Below, piece by piece: positions 1 through 10,736 of a DNA stretch of 39,930 bases. Source of the stretch: Chiloscyllium plagiosum (Eukaryota). Both the position numbers and the translations under genes were made by a program. The notes under the pieces are model-generated. The model was not told where the DNA came from. It saw only the letters and a program-made list of their open reading frames with translations, and made no database searches. The stretch lies in NCBI RefSeq assembly GCF_004010195.1, contig NC_057719.1:48668085-48708014 (forward strand), in the 5' to 3' direction. Within the stretch, counting starts at the first letter, position 1. Every line of letters begins with the position of its first letter.

Positions 1-170
1 CAGCACTGCCTTCTTGACCTGCAATCTTCTTCCCGACCTCTCCGCCCCCACCCCCTCTCTGGCCTATCACCCTCACCTTACCTTCCTTCCACCTATCGTA
101 TTCCCAATGCCCCTCCCCCAAGTCCTTCCTCCCTACCTTTTATCTTAGCCTGCTTGGCACACCCTCCTCA
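1..170 (+). mobile_element. Penelope-like element 3' region fragment (shark family), cut by the window start
   Basis: Pyrimidine-rich 3' UTR ending ...ccttttatcttagcctgcttggcacaccctcctca. This matches my recollection of the common shark PLE terminus just upstream of its hammerhead motif. Confidence 0.6.
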
Positions 171-664
171 GTCTAACAGGTTATTCAGTAATCTACGGTG
201 GAAAATGGACCATGAATAAATATGAGCAGAAGAAGCACCTGTCTTTCAAAACAAGATGTGGTTTATTACATAACACTAACCACATGCAGGTTACATCAGC
301 TATCATGACTACTCACAATTACTAACATGGGTAGAGAAGACCTTTGTATACTGGAGTCCAACTGGTTCTCCACATTGAGGCCATATGACATCATTAGACT
401 GGATGGAGCTCAGCATAGCTAAAACATTAACTCTTTCAGAACCATTCCCTATCTGAGAAGATTGTGCAGACTGAGATGCCACTCCAAGCTACCATTTCTA
501 CCATTCTTTCTAAACCATCCCACAAAACCTCAAATGTCAGACTGCAACATTGAATCAAATGAATGGGCAATACATAAGATTGTGTTAGTCGTATAACTTT
601 ACTTTGATTCATTCACAGGAAGGTGGAATTACAGGCAATGTCCCAACACTTTTGTTTTAGAATA

Positions 665-2250
665 ATTTATCGGAAATGGATACTGCAGGCCAGACCAACA
701 TTTATTGTCCATCCCTAGTTCCCTTGGAGAAGATAGTGGTGAGTTCACTTGTTGTAGGTACACCCACAATGCTGTTAGGGAGAGGGTTCCAGGACTTTCA
801 CCTTGCAATACTGGAGGAACAGTACTATATTCCCAAGTCAGAATGGTGAGTGGTTTGGAGAGGGACTTTGAGATGGTGATGTTCCCTTGTATTTGCTTCC
901 CTTGTGCTTCCAGATTTTAGTGACTTTTGGAAGATGCTGTTTAAGGAGACTTGTTGGATTTCGGCTTTGCATCATGTAAATGGTACACACCCTTCTCCTG
1001 TTTAGGTGTGAAGCGATTAAATATTGAATATGGTAGATGTGGAGGGAGGCAGGTGGAGAGTGCTCTTAAGTAGGTTGCTTTATCTTGGATGATATCAAGC
1101 TTCTTGAGTATAGTTGGAGCTGCACCCATCCAAGCAAGTGTAGAGTGTTCCATCACAGCCCTAGCTTGTGCTTTGTAGATGGCAAACAGACTTTGGGGAG
1201 TCAGGCATTGAGTTACTCACTGTTGTTACAACATGGCAGTGAACCTCTGTATTAATAAACTAAGCACCCAGAAAAGCTCACCTTGCCTCGTAACCTGATA
1301 AAATATTAATGACAGAGAACTCCAAAATTCTACTATTTAAAGAAAATAATATCAATTTACTCTTTAACTCCAAAAGTAAACATTAAACAACAACTATTCA
1401 CAACTCTAAGCCCCCCCTTCTCTTAGCTGCTTATTACCTGCATCCAACTGTATAAGAATATACTGTTCCAATAAACACTTATTAAAATTACATCAACTTC
1501 ATTTCAAAACCACACAGCAGCTGTTGTTGTTGGTGTTTTTCTTCTTCTGACTGAAGATCTCCCTGGATTGTCTTTCTTTTTACTATGAAAATGTTTCATA
1601 TGAAAACGTATTTTTGATAGGGAATGTTTCAATGTCTTGGGCCTCTCTCTCTCTATGGCAGTTGCTCCATCTGATTTTCAAAATGCTTGCCTTTTTTATA
1701 TCCCCAATATTTGATTATCTCATTTGTTCGATGTTGGCAAAACAATAAATTCCAACTCAATTGGGTTTTAGTATTCTGGGGCATAATTTAAACTGGTTAA
1801 ATTCAAATTGTTGTCAAAACAACAACCAACTCAGGTCTCTATTTCACAGACAAATGTTATATATTTTCAAATTTCCAGTACACTCTGAGACTGCTCTTGT
1901 AAGCTCTCAGTGCAGAACAGCATTCACACTTTCTTAAAGGTACACTACGTGCCTTCAACTTCATAAACTGTAGTATTTCTAATTTCTTAATTGCTTTTGT
2001 ATGTATATTCATTTATATGGTATTTATGTGGCTAGTCTAAATTAGTTTCTGGTCAATGCTAACCCTTAGGATGTTGACATTAAGGGATTCAGTGACGGTA
2101 ATGCCATTCAATGTCAAGGGGAAATGGTTAGATTCTTTCTTCTTGGAGATGTCTGGGACTTATGTGGCACAAATATTACTTGCAACTTGTCAACTCACAT
2201 CTGAATATTTACCAAGTCATGCTGCATTTGGACGTGAACTGCTTCAGTGT
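665..2250 (-). mobile_element. 3' part of a CR1/L2-group LINE ('SINE-headed' family), interrupted by a solo LTR at 1224-1967
   Basis: Reverse complement gives the tail ...caagggaactagggatggacaataaatgttggtctggcc, shared with 23830-23960 and 34190-34295. The minus ORF 941-1156 (AWMGAAPTILKKLDIIQDKA) is the post-RT C-terminal region, also seen at 19872-20300 and 33820-33870. Confidence 0.8.
1224..1967. mobile_element. Solo LTR (Gypsy/ERV-like)
   Basis: Starts tgttacaa and ends ttcataaa (degenerate TG..CA short inverted termini). Flanked by ctgt at 1220-1223 and 1968-1971. The host LINE reads through when it is removed. Confidence 0.7.
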
Positions 2251-2271
2251 TGTTAGGGAATCTTGGTGGTA

Positions 2272-2410
2272 CATCTGAATGAGTTATTTTATCACTTCAG
2301 AGATGTCAGTCAACCACATTTGTGTGAAACTATAGTCCCGCACAGGATAGACTTGGTAAACGCAGCAGTGCTTTTTCTTTGAAGATCATTGATGAATAAT
2401 TTGGTTCACT
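2272..2410 (-). mobile_element. Diverged MetaSINE-like central domain
   Basis: Aligns by eye, in reverse, to 28340-28478 (gtcaaccacatt...acttggtaaacgcagcag...gatcattgatgaa). Confidence 0.6.
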
Positions 2411-3547
2411 AATTCTGACAAGTCATTTTTACTGGTGTCATTGTATTATGTGTAATGAATATTTCAGCCCAGTATATGTAAATTAACAAAACAGAATCAA
2501 GCAATGAATGCCTCGATCTGTTTTATGCATAATTTGTAGGCTAAGATGAATGAAAATTCACATCTTATCTTAATGCTTGATTATGATCATTTTCACGTAT
2601 TCTTCATTGATACTTCTGTGATTCTGTTTTTATTATAATTAATGTACATTTATCTGATATTGATCCATCCTGCGAGTGCAATGCATATGCTGATGTCAGT
2701 GAATTCATATTCAGATGAATTTTTGTTCCATAAATACATCTGCTAGAATTATAAAGTCCCTGCACCTGTGTTTATATACAGCTCAATGCCACATCAGCAA
2801 ACTATCATCAGGACAAGCTAAACAGCAGTGTTTTAGCACAAGGTGCAATTAGTATGTCAGTAGATGACATGGGTCTCTTAATTGCGCTAAGTGTAATTCA
2901 GATGCATGTCAGATACAGAAGGGTTGTGTATACCCAATGCTTGTTAAGCTTGAAGCTTTGAAGGAACAGATCTTTCCTCAGCAGTGTTGAAGCCACTCAG
3001 TGGAAAGTATGTATTTTTCCATTTTCAAAAAGAAAATTGCATAGTATAAAGAAATATTCTCATGCAAAAATTGGGAACAAAGTTTTGGAGTCCAAATGTG
3101 GGCATTTGTAAACCAAATCAATCTATTTCCACAACTGTATTGAATAACCTTAGGTTGCACATGGTATTAGCAAGATCATAGTTGCTGTTTAATATAGCAA
3201 AGTGTAACTTTAACTGTTGTATAACATTTTTAAATTATCTTTCACTTCTGCTCCTGCTGGTGTCCCAAAGTTAATCATACTTTTAAGGCTCGTTCAGCAT
3301 CTTCACCCATAAAACTGGACAAAGCAGGTTAGGCACGTGGTCCATTCATTTGGTTCTGTCCATCCAGTGAGGTTACCATCACATATTAAACAGTAAATGG
3401 TACACTGTTACTTCCATGTCTCTTTCACCCTGTTTACTCTAAATAGTCTTAAGTTATATTCCACCTCTGTGTAGCTATGTTGCTGTGAAGAAACACCAGT
3501 GTTAACAGTGGTATAAATGGAATCTAATTGATAATTTTTAAGTGAAT

Positions 3548-3790
3548 TGTTGACATATCAAGTATACGGACCACTGCAACAAACCAGAACTGGCCACTGG
3601 AAACAACGGAAATGAAACCAAATAAATTCCAACCAACACAGTAGACCAGCGCTTCACAGGAGGCTCCACAGCACTGAGGATGTCACCGAGAGAGGGGATG
3701 AAATGTCTGCAAACCAACTTCCCAGCTTGGCAAACATACTTAACAACTGCAACAGGTACTGAGCTACAAATCTTTACACATTACCTTGAA
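3548..3790 (+). mobile_element. Penelope-like element 3' end (pLTR) with degenerate hammerhead
   Basis: Homologous to 6045-6250 and to the tail at 5282-5310 (gcgcttcacaggaggctcc...cactgaggatgtcacc...gagctacaaatctt). Confidence 0.8.
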
Positions 3791-3943
3791 TAGAACGTAG
3801 AATGTAGAACATAGAATAATACAGTGCAGTTGCAGTGCAGGACAGCCCCATTGGCCCTCCATGTTGCGCCGACCTGTGAAACCAATCTAAAGCCCGTCTA
3901 ACCTATACTATTCCATTTTCATCCATATGTTTATCCAATGACC
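3791..3943 (-). mobile_element. CR1 LINE 3' tail, (TTCTATG)n-type subfamily
   Basis: tagaacatagaa repeat followed by ggccctccatgttgcgccgacctgtgaa; homologous to 38100-38225 and 32624-32683. Confidence 0.8.
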
Positions 3944-4615
3944 AGGTAGACAGGATAGTGAAGAAGGCATTTGGTATGCTTTCCTTTATTGGTCAGAGTA
4001 TTGAGTACAGGAGTGGGGAGGTCATGTTGCGGCTATACAAGACATTGGTTAGGCCACTGTTGGAATATTGTGTGCAATTCTGGTCTCCATCCTATCAGAA
4101 AGATGTTGTGAAACTTGAAAGGGTTCAGAAAAGATTTACAAGGATATTGCCAGGGTTGGAGGATTTGAGCTATAGGGAGAGGCTGAACAGAATGGGGCTG
4201 CTTTCCCTGGAGCGTCGGAGGTTGAGGGGTGACCTTATAGAGGTTTACAAAATTATGAGGGACATGGATAGGATAAATAGACAAAGTATTTTCCCTGGGG
4301 TTGGGGCGGTCCAGAACTAGAGGGCATATGTTTAGGGTGAGAGGGAAAAGATATAAAAGAGACCTAAGGGGCAACTTTTTCATGCAGAAAGTGGTATGTG
4401 TATGGAATGAGCTGCCAGAGGAAGTGGTGGAGGCTGGTACAATTGCAAAGTTTGAGAGGCATTTGGATGGGTATATGAATAGGAAGGGTTTGGAGGGATA
4501 TGGGCCGGGTGCTGGCAGGAGGGACTAGATTAGGTTGGGATATCTGGTCGGCATGGACGGGTTGGATGGAAGGGTCTGTTTCCATGCCGTACATCTCTAT
4601 GACTCTATGACTATG
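3944..4615 (+). mobile_element. HER1/CR1 LINE, 5'-truncated
   Basis: ORF2 C-terminus (LYKTLVRPLLEYCVQFWSP...LERRRLRGDLIEVYKIM, then a frameshift to RGNFF..VWNELPEEVVEA) and a (TCTATGAC)n tail. Confidence 0.93.
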
Positions 4616-5049
4616 TGACAGCACAGAGGGAGCTGTGAGGGAGTTGCCCTGGGAGTCCTCAACATTGACTCTGGATCCTATGAAGCTCATGACTTCAGGT
4701 TAAACATGGACAAGGAAACCTTTTGTTGATTACCATTTATGTCCCCCTGTGGCTGATGAACCAGTACTCCTCCATGTTGAACTGCACTTGGAGGAAGCGC
4801 TGAAGGTGGCAAGGACGCAAATGTGTTTAATGTCCACCGCCAAGAGTGGCTCAGCAACAGCACTACTGATGGAGCTGGTCGGGTACTAAAGGGCATAGCT
4901 GCTAGACTGGTTCTGCGGCAGCTGGTGAGGGTACCAACAAGAGGGAAAATATATTTGACCTCATCCTTACCAAGCTGCAGAACTATCTGTCCATGACAGG
5001 ATCAGTAAGAGTGGCCAGCATATGTCCTTGTGGAGATGAAGTCCTGAGT

Positions 5050-5200
5050 TCTGAGTTCCTCAATTCTGAGGCAGCCTCACCAGGCCTGAAACATTAACTT
5101 TGATTTCTTTTTATAGATGCTGCCAGACCTGTTGAGCTTTACCAGCAACTTCTGTTTTTGCTTCTGCTTTACAGCATCCACAGTTCTTTCAGTTTTTATT
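5050..5200 (+). mobile_element. Short PLE terminal fragment, second family, with decayed hammerhead
   Basis: ttctgaggcagcctcaccaggcctgaaacattaact...gatgctgccagacctgttgagctttaccagcaacttctgtttttg; related in reverse to 31560-31655. Confidence 0.65.
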
Positions 5201-5350
5201 TTGTCTTGCTTGAGACTAATCTTTGAGAATAAACATTGAGAATAATCTCCACACTGCTAAATAGGATAGACTTTGAACAGAGTTTGTGAGAAGATTTGTA
5301 GCTCGGGTGCTTGTTGTTGTGGTTCTGTTCGCCGAGCTAGGAATTTGTGT

Positions 5351-5391
5351 TGCAGACTTTTCGTCCCCTGTCTAGGTGACATCCTCAGTGC
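5351..5391 (-). ncRNA. Minimal type I hammerhead ribozyme motif (inverted pLTR copy)
   Basis: Reverse complement reads gca-CTGAGGA-tgtcacctagacaggggac-GAAA-ag-TC-tgc; the stem III palindrome is mutated. Confidence 0.6.
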
Positions 5392-6174
5392 TTGGGAGCA
5401 TCCTGTGAAGCACTTCTGTGATCTTTCCTCCGGCATTTGTAGTGGTTTGAATCTGCCACTTCCGGTTGTCAGTTCCAGCTGTCCGCTGCAGTGGTCGGTA
5501 TATTGGGTCCAGGTCGATATGCTTATTGATTGAATCTGTGGATGAGTACCATGCCTCTAGGAATTCCCTGGCTGTTCTCTGTTTGGCTTGTCCTATAATA
5601 GTAGTGTTGTCCCAGTCGAATTCATGTGCACCAGAACTGCAAAAAGAGGAAGAACACCTCTACAATGTATTCGCCAAAAAAGGATCCCCACGCAATTTCA
5701 TCAACGATGCCTAAGGGAAAGACAACGGATTGAGGACATGCCGCAACCCAAAGGACTAGCCACACTACCATACATCAAGAGCATTTCCGAACTGACAGCC
5801 AGACTACTGCGACCACTAGGACTCATAACAGCACACAAACCAACAGCCACTCTCAGACAACAACTCACCAGAATGAAGGACCCAATACCGGATAGTTGGT
5901 CCAGCTATCCTTAGTAGCCACACACTCAGATGACAAGCAACATGAGTTCGACTGGGACAACACTACTATTATAGGACAAGCCAAACAGAGAACAGCCAGG
6001 GAATTCTAGAGGCATGGCACTCATCCACAGATTCAATGAATAAGCACATCGACCTGGACCCAATATACCGGCCACTGCAGCGGACAGCTGGAGCTGACAA
6101 CCGGAAGTGGCAGATTCAAACCACTACAAATGCCGGAGGAAACATCACAGAAGCGCTTCACAGGAGGCTCCCAA

Positions 6175-6214
6175 GCACTGAGGATGTCACCTAGACAGGG
6201 GACGAAACGTCTGC
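6175..6214 (+). ncRNA. Minimal type I hammerhead ribozyme motif
   Basis: gca-CTGAGGA-t-gtc(a)cct-agac-agg(g)gac-GAAA-cg-TC-tgc: intact CUGANGA/GAAA/UH core, stem II, short stem I and palindromic ACGT stem III, as described for PLE hammerheads. Confidence 0.75.
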
Positions 6215-6364
6215 AACACAAATTCCCAGCTCGGCGAACAGAACCACAACAGACTTTGAACAGATCTAGCAACTAAAGATTGGGCATCCATGATGCACGG
6301 TGAGCCATCAACAGCAGCAGAATTGTACATCAGCACAACCTGCAATCTCATGGCCTGGCATATC

Positions 6365-7146
6365 TGAAATAACTGCACCGAGGCCAGTATCCCATCACCA
6401 AGTTACTGTTTATTTAAATGTATTTAGTACTCAGGCTATGGCCAGCCAGCTCGGAGTCAGTTCCTGAAGTGAGGAGACTCTGAATCCCCTGTTTATCTTT
6501 TTTCCGCCGCATTACCAATGTACAGCAGTAGTGCTTATTTTCCCCACATCACATATGGTGGTGTGTGCAGCGTCCCTGTAAAAAAGATGCCATTGTCTAA
6601 GAACTCTATTCAATATTTCCACCATGAAAAACACTCACATGGCCAGTGAAACATCAACAAGCAAAGCCTGATAAGGCTAATGTCTATGTGGCAAAAGTAA
6701 AAGTGGAGCGTCTAAATCAAAATAAAGTTGGAGAGGAAAATAATCTGGTGTCTTATTTTTTAGCAGCCATGTTGTGTGTGTGCAGCTGTGAGACACAGTG
6801 AAAAACAACGAGTGTATAAATCTTCATTCATTTTCCACCCCCAGGAAGAAAGGAAACACCTGAGTGTCCAGTGAAAAGCAGTGCCCTTCTTATCAAAGGG
6901 CAATACTGCATGATCAAAATGCGAAAGCGGAGGGCAGGGACTAAATCAAAATAGAGTTGGAGGGAAAATAAAGCACTCCACACCCTGCAGTGCCCACCTC
7001 TCCCTGAAAACCTTGAGTGCGTTGGTGTACTTCTCCAAGGACACCCGGGCATGGAACTGGTCTGTTTTTTTTCATGGAGACATTGATTAATCAATTAATG
7101 ACCATCACCAGTTTCCCTCAGGCTTTAATTATTTCTTATATTAACA
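6365..7146 (-). mobile_element. Gypsy-type solo LTR, split by a Tx1-like insertion
   Basis: The minus strand begins tgttaat and ends ...aaataaacagtaacttggtgatgggatactggcctcggtgcagttatttca (AATAAA, U5, CA end). No matching TSD seen. Confidence 0.6.
6498..7057 (-). mobile_element. Tx1/L1-clade LINE 3' end with tandemly duplicated 3' region
   Basis: Minus translation HARVSLEKYTNALKVFRERWALQGVECFI resembles the Tx1 ORF2 C-terminus. Short poly(A) at 6498-6503. Repeat ctaaatcaaaata(a/g)agttggag at about 6712 and 6941. Confidence 0.7.
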
Positions 7147-7209
7147 GAATTGTCTCTTCTCTTTCAGTATATTTTCCAATGTAGAAACAAAAAGAACTAG
7201 TGCAATGAA

Positions 7210-7416
7210 TCTGGGGAAATCTTTATTGCAGAGGGCTGTTGAGACTGGGTCTGACTATTCCAAGGCTGAGATAGACATATTTTTAATCAGGAAGGGTTAT
7301 GCAGATATGGCAGACAAGTGAAGTTGAGGTTTATCAGATCAGCCATAATCTCAGAGAATGGCAGAGCAAACATGTAACCAAATGGCCTATTTTTGCACCT
7401 ACATTTTATGGTCTTA
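7210..7416 (+). mobile_element. Old CR1 LINE 3' end (third subfamily)
   Basis: aaggctgagatagacatatttttaat...gatcagccataatctc...gaatggcagagca...aaatggccta...ttatggtctta tail. Confidence 0.75.
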
Positions 7417-7659
7417 AAATATCCAGCAGATTAAAGGCGCAGAGCGCCTGTCAGCTTGTGTGAAATCAGCAGACAGCAGTAGCAGCATCAATGATGACTG
7501 TTAAAAACTCAAATCAGCCAGAATCAATGAAAACGTTTGTGAGGACCTGGTCTCACCAAAATTGGAAGGGAAAGAAAACATCTGGATCATAATCACATAA
7601 TACCACAGTTGACACCCAATATGAATTATGTCCCTTTGAGAATGGATGAAATAGTTTGT

Positions 7660-8237
7660 ATTTGAAACAAAAATTCTAGGCTACAAAGCTAAAAGAAGCC
7701 TTCAACATTATAGTAAGCGAACAAACATTGATATGATTATTTTCAAAATTGGTAAAAGCTATGTGAAAAATCTTTGCAAAACCAGGACACTTGTTTAAAA
7801 AAAAGGGGCAAATAACAATATAAATTCACTAATGAGTATGGAAAACTCGAAGGTTGTAAAAGAATTTATTAAAAACAATGTTTTGAAGCGGAAACCAAAT
7901 TTTTATTGTTCAATTGAAAATATTTCTTTAACAAGCATTGTCAGGCTGACACAAGTTTTTTCAATGTTAATTGGCACATAAAGCCCAGCCAGGAATTCTC
8001 CAAAGTGCCAAAATGTGTGTGAAAATTACAATGGGGGGAAAATGGCAGAAAAAAATTAAGTTTTCTCCATTTTGTGTAAAATTTTAAAATGCAGTATTTC
8101 TTTAAATTAAAGTATTTTATCAATTTTTTTACAAAGATGAGGATAATTCTGCAACATTCAGAAGTTTTTCAATTTCATTTAATTGGAATTTTTGAAGATC
8201 TTTGAAAAAAGAATATAAAGGAGAAGTTAAAATTTGA
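7660..8237 (+). pseudogene. Highly decayed hAT transposase, N-terminal/central part (continues after 14458)
   Basis: Stop-poor frame in AT-rich DNA. KCQNVCENYNGGKMAEKN..CSISLN resembles hAT 'CRGQxYDNGANMAGK..CxxHSLNL', and IQKFFNF resembles 'IQKLYNFF'. Confidence 0.45.
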
Positions 8238-8567
8238 CAGATGTACCATTTTGCATACTGTTGGGGGAGATGGCTGTGCAGGGGAAAGCAGTGGGAACCA
8301 ATTGCATAGAACCAATTGCATGTATGCTGTGTATAAGGGGTGGAAGAAGCATGGCAGGGCTATAGCAGTAGAGAATTCAATTGTAAGGGGAAGGGACAGG
8401 TCTTTCTGCTGCCACAAATGAAACTCCAAGATAGTACATTGCCTCCCTGGTGCCAGTGTCAGGGATGTCACTGAATGGCTGTAGGGCACTTGGAAAAGGA
8501 AGGGCAAACTGACAAGAGATTGTAGTGCCAATGACATAGGTAGAAAATGAATGAGGCCCTACAAGCA

Positions 8568-8780
8568 TTATTTATTTGATTGATTTATTATTGTACCTAA
8601 GTACAATGAAAAGTTTTATTTTGCATGCAGTACAGACAGAACATGACTTAAAAAGATCATAGGGTCATCGAACAGAGCGAGGAATACAAGGTTACAAAGA
8701 AGATGCACAAAAAGCAAGATCAACATTAGATTTGAAATTTGAGAGGTCCATTCAGAAGTCTAAAAAGAGCGGGGGGAAAG
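8568..8780 (-). mobile_element. LINE 3' UTR fragment (Rex1/Babar-like) inserted in CR1 ORF1
   Basis: Interrupts the esterase remnant. (TTTA/TTGA)n tail followed by ttgtacctaagtacaatgaaaagtt, similar in reverse to 31175-31225. Confidence 0.5.
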
Positions 8781-10132
8781 GAGCTGGAATGTAGATTAAA
8801 GAACAGGGCCGAAAAGGTAATCTCGGGGTTACTTCCAGTGTCACTTGCTAGTGAGTGTAGAAATAGAAGTTGGTGCAGATGATTGTGTGGCTGGACAGAT
8901 GGTGCAGTAGGGAGGGATTTAGATTTCTGGGACATTGGGATTATTTTTGGGGGGTGATGCTTGTGCAAGGCAGATGGGTTGTATCTGACCCAGAATGGAA
9001 CCAGCATCCTGACTGGGAGGTTTGCTGGTGCTTTTGGGAGGGTTTAAATTGACATGGCAGGGAGATGGTATCCAGAGATAATGGTCAGCAGAGGGGCATG
9101 AACAGCCAAAATGAGAAGGCACAACAAGTGATACAAGAAGGCATAAAAATTGCAAACATTTAAGTCACAAGGAAATTTGGAAAAGTTAGGTGGTTTTTAT
9201 TTTATTGCTAGGAGTCTGATGAACAAGGCAGATGAGTTGGAGCACAAATTAAAACATTGGGGTATGGTGTCACTGAGATAATTTGAAGGGGGGAGCTGAA
9301 TTGGCTGCTCAATATTTCAGGATATGGGGTCTTCAGATGAGACAAGCAACAAGGTAAAAGAGGAGCGGATGTTGCAATATTGAGCAGGGAATCAATTACA
9401 GCATTAAAGAAAAATGGCATCTTAAAAAGCTCCTCAAATTAAGCCACATGGGTAGAAATAACAAACAAAAAGGAGCATTCACATTGCTGGGAGTGAATCC
9501 TCTAACAGTCCAAAAGAAATAGATGAGCAGGCATTTAAGCAAATTTCAGAGAAGTGGAAAAGTAGTAGGGTAGTGATAGAGAAGATTTACCCAAAATTAA
9601 CTGGGATAGTAATAGTGTGAAAGGTTTAGACGGAGTAGAATTCATAAAATGAATCCACGAGAGCTTTTTGAGCCAAAACATAGACTCCTGGACTTAATAT
9701 TTGGACTTGAATTATAAGCTGTGCAGAAGGGGCCTCATTCCTTTACTCTGCATTCAGGCTGGCGTCTGGGGTTCGCCAATTACTGTGGTGGTCTCTCTCC
9801 AGCAGGGTGTCAAACTTGAAAGACCCGGAATGCCGCACTAGGGCAATTTGGCTGAACAGAGAGCACTGAACTGAACTCACTGTTTATAGCTTGACCAGCA
9901 AATCAGAACTTATCTCCACACAGTAATCATCACGACCGCCACCAATGCCTGGGCGATTCTCTCTCTTGTTGGTGAAACAATGGCCACTTGTACCTACCCA
10001 CTCGGGCAGTATCCCCAAGAGAGAAAAAGAGAGATCAAGCTGCTTATCCTGGCCAGCACTCCTCCTTGACTGGGCAATTGAATCGCCCCGATCACCCTTC
10101 GGTCCTTGACACTGGAATTATAGTTTGGTATC

Positions 10133-10736
10133 TGCTGTGAACTCAGCCAGAATTGGTGTACCAGAAGGAGCACAGATGGACTCCAATGTGAGTTCAAAAT
10201 TACCAGTGAACATTATTACAGAAAAAAATTCAACTTGCCCAATCTGGACAATACTGCGATGAAACTTATACTCTATACTATGATATAAAATATAAGAAAA
10301 CTGGAGCGGACACAATGTAAATCTTTAACCGTACACAATTTATAGGGTTCTTACAGTTTAAGAATTACACAACCACCCTCCCCCCAATGCCTAACCAACT
10401 ACTCCAGTGTCCCAGACCTGTAAAGGGTTCTTACGGTCTCAGAGGGACTTGTTGCTGGTCCGGTGAGGCTCCCTCTCTGCCTCAGCTGTTGTTGCGGACT
10501 TCTGAAGTCTGAAGTCACAGGCAGGGTCGATGTCTTCAGCCCCAAAGGGTTGGTGTCCACGGACACAGTGAGCTCAGAGGGAGGAGAGTGAAAAGGAAAA
10601 GAGCCCCGACAGCAGGCCCGGCTGCCCCCCTCCGCCACTGCCCAACCCACCCCACCCCCACACTTTGCCCTTGTGATTTCAAAGGGCCAGCCGGCTCTGC
10701 CCCTCGGATAATTCTATTTGACAAAGCATCTCAACA
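10133..10736 (-). mobile_element. Possible second solo LTR nested in the 9722-11403 LTR
   Basis: Termini tgctgtga...tctcaaca are TG..CA imperfect inverted repeats. Only a 3-bp flanking duplication (atc) is seen. Confidence 0.4.

Larger units (their letters stand above)
5282..6250 (+). mobile_element. Penelope-like element with inverted 5' pLTR and 14-bp TSD
   Basis: 5311-5625 is the reverse complement of about 5941-6250. The plus part encodes PLE thumb/linker (LATLPYIKSISELTARLLRPLGL..AHKPTATLRQQL) and the GIY-YIG C-terminal half (HEFDWDNTTIIGQAKQRTAREF..AWHS..SMNKHIDLDPIY). agactttgaacaga occurs at 5268-5281 and 6251-6264. Confidence 0.92.
4616..6364 (+). mobile_element. AP-endonuclease region of a CR1/L2-group LINE, split by two PLE insertions (5050-5200, 5282-6250)
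   Basis: Frameshifted translation VLLHVELHLEEALKVART..FNVHRQEWLSNSTTDGAGRVLK..LRQLVRVPTRGK..FDLILT matches the APE motifs (D)FN and TR..lDL. Confidence 0.75.

Noticed and set aside
222..450. Possible minus-strand LTR remnant (reverse AATAAA at about 262)
   Set aside because: No termini or TSD could be defined.
9760..9780. Minus-strand TGGCGAACCCC as a primer-binding site
   Set aside because: It lies inside the TSD-defined LTR and I cannot match it to a tRNA 3' end.
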